Assembly (NCBI GenBank): GCA_964016885.1
Contig: OZ024740.1
Coordinates: 352,842,001-352,906,000 of the forward strand
DNA: 64,000 nucleotides
Source of the DNA: Eledone cirrhosa
Lineage: Eukaryota
Direction: 5' to 3'
Below are positions 55,053 through 64,000 of this stretch, one piece after another. The first letter of the stretch is position 1; every line of letters begins with the position of its first letter. The translations under genes were made by a program, and so were the position numbers. Under the pieces are notes generated by a model, which was not told the origin of the DNA, did not search any database, and was given only the letters and a program-made list of their open reading frames with translations.

Positions 55053-55730
55053 ATTAAGTCAAATATGTAAAATTTGGCTTCGTTTATTATAAATTATAGA
55101 TACACTGCTATATATATTTCGGTGACAGCCATCATTGTCTGTGACCTCTTCAGGCAGTCCAAATTGGTGTGGGAAAGACAGGTACACATATTGTTGAAGT
55201 GTGTTTTACTCCGTCAATACATCAATGTGTCCAGCTCCTGGTTGTGTTGTTATTCCTCTCATATTTACGGAGTAAAATACACTTCAACAACATGTGTATC
55301 TGTCTTTCCCACACCAATTCGGACTGCCGGAAGAGCTCACAGACAATGATGGCTGTCACCGAAATATATATAGCAGTATATCTATAATTTATAATAAACG
55401 AAGCCAAATTTTACATATTTGACTTAATTACTTTACATTACTCCGGAGTAAAAAAACCAGCCTGCGTACTTCGTCGAGTGCGCCAATCTGAATACTGAGG
55501 TGTCGGTAAACAATATGTATTTTTAACTGTTGGTCAATCAATGATAAACATTAATTGTCAGCTAAATTAACTATAGCGATATAAAATATATGGAAACGAA
55601 AATAAACCCAAACCAAACAGCGGGTGTGTTTTAATATATTTTTCTGGCAATATTATAACAACATGACTCTCCCCAAATATACAATATTTGTTTCAACACA
55701 CGATTTCATATAAAAAACCTTGCAAAACAA
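55047..55730. mobile_element. Fold-back pseudo-LTR-like insertion (family F)
   Basis: Arms 55047-55219 and 55262-55432. The single-copy tail ends in ATGACTCTCCCCAAATATACAATATTTGTTTCAACACACGATTTCATAT, like the 3' end of the large PLE. Confidence 0.8.
55104..55158 (-). ncRNA. Type I hammerhead (the + arm copy at 55323-55377 has a mutated core, CGGAAGA)
   Basis: Minus strand reads ACTGC-CTGAAGA-GGT...ACC-GAAA-TATAT-ATA^GCAGT. Perfect stem I, palindromic stem III. Confidence 0.78.
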
Positions 55731-55760
55731 ATTCATCGCCGTATATAAACATACATATAT

Positions 55761-55856
<96 letters not shown>

Positions 55857-55859
55857 GTA

Positions 55860-57082
55860 TATCGCATTTCCGACAAGTTGTTCGATCTTAGGCGTCTCAC
55901 TGTCAGCACTAAGGTACTGAGTACTTGATCAGATAATTTCTGTATGCAGATGATTGCGATCTCTTTGCACACTCCCAGAGTGACATGTAGCACCTTATGG
56001 ATTCTTTTCCCAAATCAGTCTGAAAGAAGACTGTCGTCATGTACCAACCTGCTCCGGATAAAGTTTTCAATGAACCCTCCATATATGTATACGACCAAAA
56101 GCTGAAGTTTGCTGACAGATTTGTGTATTTGGGGAGTACACTGAATGCATCCTGCTCTCTGGATGCAGAAGCTGGTCTACGTGTTGCCAAAGCAAGTGAG
56201 TCATTTGGAAGGCTCAGCAACCGTCTGTGGTGCAGGCGAGGAATCACAATGAAGACCAAGGTGAAAGTGTATGCCGCATGTGTACTATCAGCATTGCTAT
56301 ATGCGTGTGAGGTATGGGTTGCCGGCTGCCTACAAACGGCATATAAAAAACTGGAACGATTTCACCAGCAGTGTCTCAGAAAGATGCTCGGTATCAAGTG
56401 GCAGATGCATGTGAGTGATGTTGAGGTCCTTGAGAGAAGTGAGTGTCGGAGCATCGAAAGTATCATCCACCAACGACGTTTGTGATGGACCAGGCACTTT
56501 TGTAGAATGGAGGATGATTGAATCCCGAAACAACTTTTGTATGGCGAGCTTTTAAAGATAAAGACGACCTCACAAACCCAAGCTCCGATTTAAAGATTGT
56601 GTAAAGGACTCATTAAAAAAAACTGGCTTGATGGTGGGTTGCTGGAAGATAGAAGCTCTTGAAAGAGAAACTTGGCGTGGAATGGTGAATGGTAGGGTCC
56701 ATAATTTTGAGGACAGATGCATAGAGCACGAGGAAATCAAACGGGATGTGCGTAAGCAATGCTCTGGTGTATCTCTCGAAACGATCAGTGTCTCCATTGA
56801 ATTGGTGTACCCTGAGTGTGAAAAGATTTGCTTGAGCAAATCTGGTTTCAGGAGTCACAGTCGCAGCCATGTTCAGAGAGAGCCAGTGACTATGATCTCC
56901 ACGGTACCGTGAAGGTTCACAGGCAAACTGATGCAAGACCTGAGGCCAGGGAGATCCATAGTTGTCGTCAATGTGCGAAGGAGTGCAAGTCTCTAGAAGG
57001 TTTGTGAAAAGCCACATCCGAGCGTCACACATGTGAATCTGACAAACGATTGCAATACTCTAAGCAGAGTTTGCAGCCATCA
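55860..57082 (+). mobile_element. Degraded RTE (BovB-like) LINE 3' half
   Basis: LYADDC near 55939, then MYQPAP...FVYLGSTL...KVKVYAACVLSALLYACE.W...RFHQQCLR, and a degenerate C-terminal zinc finger. Confidence 0.85.
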
Positions 57083-57214
57083 TATATATATATGTTCGTG
57101 TATATATATATATATATATATATATAAATGCATATGGCTCTGTCTCTCTTTCTCTATACGTATATGTTTTAATTTCAATTATATATATATATATTACCTT
57201 TCATTTATATATAT

Positions 57215-57246
<32 letters not shown>

Positions 57247-58097
57247 GTGTGTGTGTGTGAACCTAAATACCTAAAACCTTTCGTAACTGTACTCCTTGTT
57301 GTTGTTATTTACTTTTCCAATATATATATATATTTGGAAAAAAGGAAAAGAATGACTTCACTTGTAGTTCTAAACCAAGGGATCTCAACCCATTTCGTCC
57401 AAACTTTTCGACCCCTTTTGCCCTTCGGAATCACGAAAATCCCCCCTACCCTATTTTTCCATTTTTCAATATACTACTGATTTTGATATCAGTAGATTAC
57501 TGGGCTAAATCAAGTTATGTTGGAATCTTTAAAAAAATCTTTAAGAAATACTCGTACGAATTAAATACAAAAAAGTTTCAGCAAGCTATTTCAAATTATA
57601 TATTTTTGAAAAATAGACGTGAATGTTCTTAAAGATTTGATCTCAGTCGAAAAAGTTTTTTTTTTAAATTCTATATTTCACTGTTAGCTGTTGTAATATT
57701 TTGAGTGGATAGACAATTCTACAATTCAAACTGTAAAGTCAAAATACAAAAGATGCAAAATATGAAGAATTTCTTACCTTTCTCTTGAATCACAAACTCA
57801 AGGGAAAAATAGTACCTTGCAAAATAGTGCCTCGATCATAAACTTAGTTGCAACGAATGAATTGAGATGCTTAGTGACAGTGAGCAAGCAATATCTGTAT
57901 CCATTATATATATACATAGATAGATACACACACACACATACACACGCGCGCGCACACACTAACACACAGACACACACAAACAAACTTGCGTGTGTGTGTG
58001 TCTGTGTGTGCCTTATTTTTGGTACAGAAAGAATTTTGCCTCCAGTTTTTTGCCGGGTCAAAGGCCACTGCTCTTTTCAACAACGTCAAATAACAAC

Positions 58098-58171
<74 letters not shown>

Positions 58172-58309
58172 CATCGATCGACTTTCGTCAAATCGGATCG
58201 AGGAAACAATGTTTCCGCTGGTCTTTCCAGGTAGAAGGAGCAACGTGAAATAAAGTGTCTTACTCAAATATATATATATATATATGTATATATATATTTA
58301 TATATATAT

Positions 58310-58358
58310 ATAGAGAGAGAGAGAAAGCGGGTGAGAGAGAGAGAGAGAGAAAGCGGGT

Positions 58359-58446
<88 letters not shown>

Positions 58447-58482
58447 AAGAGAAAGAGGGAGAGACAGAGAGAGAGAGAGAGA
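58310..58482. repeat. (GA)n microsatellite
   Basis: Direct reading. Other simple repeats at 55764-55850 (CA)n and 59373-59438 (CT)n. Confidence 0.95.
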
Positions 58483-58507
58483 GTAACAATGTATGTGTGT
58501 GTGTATA

Positions 58508-59347
58508 TATATTTTAGGGTCTGTTTTTCTTTTTTTTCTTTTCTTTGATTCGTCAAAGTGACATTATTGAAAAGATGACATTATTGAAAAAATGAGAGGG
58601 ACAATGCTTTTAAAAAAGAGTTTTATAATGCATATAATGTATATAAAGTATATAAAGTATATAAATTATATAAAGTATATAATGCATATAAAGTATTACC
58701 GGTTTCGGTGTATTATTAAAATTCATCTTATCAAATGTTGAGTATTACAATTACAAAGAATTAATAAGAATTAGAAACTAAAAATTAAAGATTTAAAATT
58801 AAGTGTTGGAGTAAATTTGTTCCCATCTTCCTTGCTCAGAGGGGCAAAATTGTTTTTTGGCTGCTTACAATTCCCCATCCCCATTTGAGCTCTTGACCTG
58901 TCAATTAACACAATCAGATATATACACACACATATTTACAGAATATTTCCTTTGCCCCCTAAAAACAATTTTGTTCTGTAAATAAACACAACTACCAGCA
59001 CTACTGTTACTATCATGACTGCACACCTCTCTCTCTATACACAATAACTCATTCTCCAGTCCCCTCTGAGCAAGGAAGATGGGAAAAAACTTACTCGAAC
59101 ACTTAATTTTAAATCTTTAATTTTTAGTTTCTATTTCTTATTAATTCTTTGTAATTGTAATACTCAACATTTGATAAGATGTATTTTAATAATACACCGA
59201 AACCGGTAATACTTTATATGCATTATAAAACTCTTTTTTAAAAGCATTGTCCCTCTCATTTTTTCAATAATGTCATCTTTTCAATAATGTCACTTTGACG
59301 AATCAAAGAAAAGAAAAAACAGAAAGACAGACCCTAAAATATATTTT
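58508..59347. mobile_element. Fold-back pseudo-LTR-like insertion (family G) with a U3-A8 HHR-like core
   Basis: Arms about 58508-58844 and 59060-59347. On +: TTGATAA(59171)-GATGTATT ttaat AATACACC-GAAA-CCG-GTA. Confidence 0.7.
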
Positions 59348-59369
59348 CCGTGTGCTATTTCCAACTTCA

Positions 59370-59488
<119 letters not shown>

Positions 59489-60202
59489 GTAGACTATGTG
59501 ATTCGGGCCCTGTCTACGGTGAGTGGTACCAATCATTGACTTAACCTCTTTGTATAAATTTCTGCAATTTTCACACATGTAAAGAGAGTAGTTTGACTAC
59601 TTCATACTACTCCTCTCTCTTACATCAGGGGATGGTGAAAAATGTATGTGTATTTGTGTAAATGTATGTTTGTGAGTGTGTATTATTGTAAGCGTCTCTG
59701 TGTTTGCACTTTTATATTTATATATTCATACATATAAATGTATGCATATGTACATACACACACTCGCAAACATATACACATATGCGTCAGTGTATAGAAA
59801 ACAATTCTAGTTATATAAAAGTTTCCCACGCACACCTTACGCACATCATTATATATGAGTGTGCAGACAACGTCTTACTATGACCAATAACCTACGTACC
59901 CTTACCTATCATCTCACTAACTGTAATAAAACATATATGCTTGGTGTCATTCTATTCAGTCTTTCATATAGACATTTCTTTTGACAATGTATAGCGTTGA
60001 TTTATGAGAATGGTGTCATATGCAAATATGTCAGTGTTGACTGGTTATGTTCCTACTTCTCACATGAAATAAAGATTACCTATCTAAGTTTACCTTTGTA
60101 AAGTTTTGTCTAACCGACAAGGCGTATAGCGTACTCTATTTATAATAGTATAAATGTATTCATCGATTACCTCTTAAGGTACCCATGTAAGGGATTATGA
60201 TA

Positions 60203-60362
60203 ATAATTGTTTTTTCTTTTGGCAATTACCCAGTATATTACTGGTACTTTATTTTATCAACCCCGTAAGGATGAAAGGTAAAGTTAACCTCGACGGGATT
60301 TGAACTCAGACCGTAAAGGGACGTAACTATGCTGGAAAGCATGGCGTCCGACCCTCTATCGA
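60203..60362 (-). mobile_element. tRNA-derived SINE
   Basis: Close match to 47937-48110. Confidence 0.8.
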
Positions 60363-60644
60363 AAGTGTTATATTCATAGGTGTTACACTTGATAGTGATC
60401 CACAAATTAAGTTATTTTTTCACTGTGCAGACAACGGTCAATAGTATTGTTCCAACATAAATATGTGTAGTAGTGACACATACCCTACCACAGAATTCTG
60501 ATCTGTTGCTGCTGGACACTGGATTAACAGTAACTATAACACCAATCTCGAACTGTGTTCGGTGAAGTAAATGAAAACTATTAACATATATATATAGAAT
60601 CATTAGAACATCTGACTGATAAAATGACAAGTCAGTCAATCATA

Positions 60645-62340
60645 TTAGTGGCCTCCTCACAGCCCCGGCGGACATAATGGAGAAGGCGTTTCCTCGGAGG
60701 ACGGCAAGGAAGAGGCGGTGGAAAAGCCATTCCAGCTCGCAACCGTTCAATATCATGCGCTCGGTCCGCCAAGGATGTCCCCTCTCGTCTCTGTTGTACG
60801 TATTGACTCTCGAGCCATTACTGCACAAACTGGAGACGTTGATGGGTCTCACGCGAACTAGGATGCGGAAGATCCGTGTCAGCATATGCGGACGATGTCA
60901 CCGTAGTGGTGTCGAACGCCAAACACATCGAGGCGATCGGCACTTCACTAAGAGAATACGAAGCGGTGACAGGAGCAATGATCAACCAGTAAAAGTCGGT
61001 GGGCTTGCAGACCGGCACCTGGAGAGGCAGGTCCATGCCGTCTAACAGCGTCGTTGGGCGCTGGACGGACCAGTTAAATTGCTAGGGGTCTGGTTCGGTC
61101 CGGACCTCCAGACGGTCAAAAACTGGGACGAGGTGACGAGCAGGGTGGCTTCTCTCACCCAGAAATGGGCAGAGAGGAAGCTATCCCTGAAAGGTCGAGC
61201 GGTGGTGGCGAATGCGTTCATCGTGTCCGTCATCTACTACCGCCTGATCGTCGTGCCTTGTCCCAAGCCTCGCCTGACTGCGCTGGAGCGTTTTCCCTTT
61301 CGTTTTTTGTGGAAGGGACACGCTCCGATAGTCAGGCGGTCCATCTGCTGTCATCACCCGCTACGTGGAGGGCTGAGCTTGCCGTGGCTGATGATGCGCA
61401 GACACGCACTCAGGCTACGACATCTCGACCTCTTCCTCGACGGTGATCAGGTGTGGTCGTCGTTTGCTAGACGCGTTTTCCCCAGCTCGTCTCCTTGACG
61501 GAGCTGCAGTCCTGGGTCAAGCGCAGACCGAGAGGGAGCGCTTGGAGATGGAATGTCTTCAGGCGCTCACAGCCCTCGACCAGTCGGGTAATGTGATCGG
61601 TGGAAACTGCACCTTGGCGTTCTATAGAGGATTAGTGAAGGGAAAGAGCGACGACGTACTTGGGGAAACTCTTGGCGTCGACGAAAATCAACTAGACAAT
61701 CTCTTCGGAAGAACTTTCGGGCCGGGGCCTATGGACAACTTCCAGATATCCCTGGCCTGGCAGTGCTACCGAGGAGCTTTGCCAGTTCGGGATAAACTCT
61801 ACAGGAAAGGAGGCGCCGTCAGCCCGGCATGTCCGAGATGCGCGCAGGGCGACGAAACCGTCCTGCACGCACTCGTCCAGTGTCTGAGCATTGCTGACTT
61901 GTGGGTTTATGTCGAACACCTGCTGTCGCGTGTAGGACGGATCCGGCTATCAGCTGAGTCCATCGTGAGGATTGCCCTGCCCTCTTCACTTAGCCGGGAA
62001 GGGCAGGCAGTTTTTATCTGTCTGGTGGCCATGGCGAAAGAGATAGTATGGTGGACGCGTTTGAAATGGCTGAAGACGAGCACTTACCCCTTCGGTGATG
62101 CTCTGATTAACTTTTTCAAATTTCATTTGAAAAGGAAAATCAGAGTAGAGAGGGAAGTGCTCTCTTCCCAGCATTTTGTTGAGTATGTGCCTGTAAATTG
62201 AAGGTGGGAAACTGGGAGGGGGCACTTGCCCTGGTGGTCAGGGTCGCCGTGGCTTTTTTAATGGGTTTTCTCCACGAATGTCCCAGTTTTTTTAACAGTT
62301 TACCTCGTTTTCAACCATTCTAAACCTTTTATTCAAGTTT
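60645..62340 (+). mobile_element. Tx1/L1-clade LINE ORF2 3' half, degraded
   Basis: SVRQGCPLSSLLYVLTLEPL, SAYADDVT (frameshifted), LLGVWFG, KLSLKGRAVVAN, and a CCHC finger CPRCAQGDETVLHALVQC. Confidence 0.88.
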
Positions 62341-62459
62341 TAAACTTGAAGAAGAAGTGACCCACCTAATACAGGGGTTCACTCGTAAATAATACGGCAC
62401 CCCTTAACGGGGTGTCGTATTATGTAAAAATATTATTTAAAAAAAAAATTTCTTTCAAC

Positions 62460-64000
62460 ATGGATAACACAAGAAAGAGAGAGAGAGCGCTGTCAGACAA
62501 CACACAGAGAGGGAGACTTTGTCAACATATCAACAAGACAGCGTTCTAGCGAAGGTAAATATAAAAGAAAATATTACGAAGGAAAAGAGGAACAATATCA
62601 TTTTTAATGATATTGTTACAGATTTAAAATTACCAAATATTTCTAAAAACAAACAACACAAACAACACCAACAATAACACCAAAAACAACACCATCAATA
62701 ACAACAGCAACAACAAAAATAACAGCGGTAAGGTCGAGAACGACAATAACAATGACAATAACAACAGCCACAACAACAACAATAATAGTAGGAACAGTAT
62801 CAACAAAAACAACAATAATTCCAACAGCCACAATAACAGTAACAACAGTAACAGTATCAACGAAAACAACAACAACAATAGCAACAACAGTACCAACGAA
62901 AACATCAAAAATGACATCGATACCTGTAACAGCGATCTCAGCACCACCAGCAAGACCAGTAGCGGCAGCAATAGTGGTGCCGCTGAAAAAAGGACCACTT
63001 CTTTTGCAGGTGTGGCCCGAAATATCGAAGCAGTGTTAGTCACAGAGGAGGAGATGGCAGTCGCAAGGGACATGGTGGCAAGAAACGGCAATAGAGTTTC
63101 CCGGAAACCCCCACCCGATTTTTTCAAGGACCAGCAGCTAATGTTATCTCTGTGGGTCAAAGGGTCACCTCAGGGCCTTTTGCCCGCAGAAGACAGCGAA
63201 GAAGAAGGCCCCTCTCCTTCCAATACCTGGTCCGCTGCTACCAAGAGCAGGGCAAGCAACAAACGCAGAAGCCCCTTCCACGGTGAGTAGGAGGGCAACG
63301 TCCGTGGCACCTGTACCAAGGCCACGGACAACTAAAGCAGCGACAGCAGTGGCGGAAACACCAGTAGCTACATTTGCAGTAGCTGCACTAGCAACAAAAT
63401 CGCCGGAGAGGGCTCCACTACCACCACCAACAGCCATGGAGCACATACCCCTCCCAGACGCCACGGAATCCGACATGGAGTCTGAGGCGGGAGTGAAGTT
63501 GCAAACGGTCTGCCACAAAAAACAAAAAACAAAAACTCCTTAGCTTCACCCTCCAAAAGCGAAGGCACACAAAGAGGGGTAAAGGCTGCAAGGAGACTTG
63601 CAGCAACACCACCACCATCACCATCACCACCACAAGCACCACCGCCAACAACAACCACACCACCACCAGCATCACCAAAAACACCAACATCACAAACACC
63701 ACAAAACACACACACCCAACAGCAACAACAAGGAAACAGCAACAAAATCACCCTCCTCCCAAAAAGTACACAGCCATAAACATGGCAAATAAAGAACTCA
63801 TACAACATATAAAGCAGCACACAGACATCACAGAAAAAAACTACTACACCCCACCAACACCAAGAACTCTCCCGACAAACATAAGCATCATTGATATCAA
63901 AATAGAACAGTACAAACTTTTAAAACAAAAATTCCCCAACGCAGTTGGAGACTTCAGAGGGTCGGTTACCAAGAGGATATACACTGACATCCTCTTGGAA
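62460..64000 (+). other. Low-complexity (Asn-rich, then Thr/Pro/His-rich) decayed reading frames, possibly ORF1 of a non-LTR element
   Basis: AAC/AAT and CAC/ACC triplet runs alternate with complex coding-like segments. No diagnostic domain recognised. Confidence 0.35.

Noticed and set aside
63598-63792. Poly-His protein
   Set aside because: It is a short CAC/CAA triplet low-complexity tract with no splice or homology support, and the reading frame is ambiguous.

Overview
This is an AT-rich animal genomic window, not prokaryotic. The SINE and RTE families and the long (TA)n tracts suggest an octopus-like cephalopod (inference). The only host gene I can support is the 3' half of a fatty acyl-CoA reductase (FAR1-like; 7 GT-AG exons, 7048-18057, + strand). 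The rest is nested mobile DNA: RTE-clade LINEs carrying a PHD-like finger inside the RT, other LINE fragments (CR1-like, RTE/RTEX-like, Tx1/L1-like), a pogo remnant, tRNA-derived SINEs, a non-autonomous Helitron, and a head-to-head Penelope-like element (PLE; RT + GIY-YIG). The most striking signal lies in 32-59 kb: about ten distinct type I hammerhead-ribozyme (HHR) motif families, nearly all in fold-back, PLE pseudo-LTR-like insertions within (TA)n. They include a 310-bp tandem array with one HHR per unit (candidate non-LTR retrozyme, a possible circRNA source) and two families whose core has U3-A8 in place of the canonical C3-G8 pair. All ribozyme folds were done by eye and none is tested. 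The many IY/YI-rich ORFs are microsatellite artefacts.
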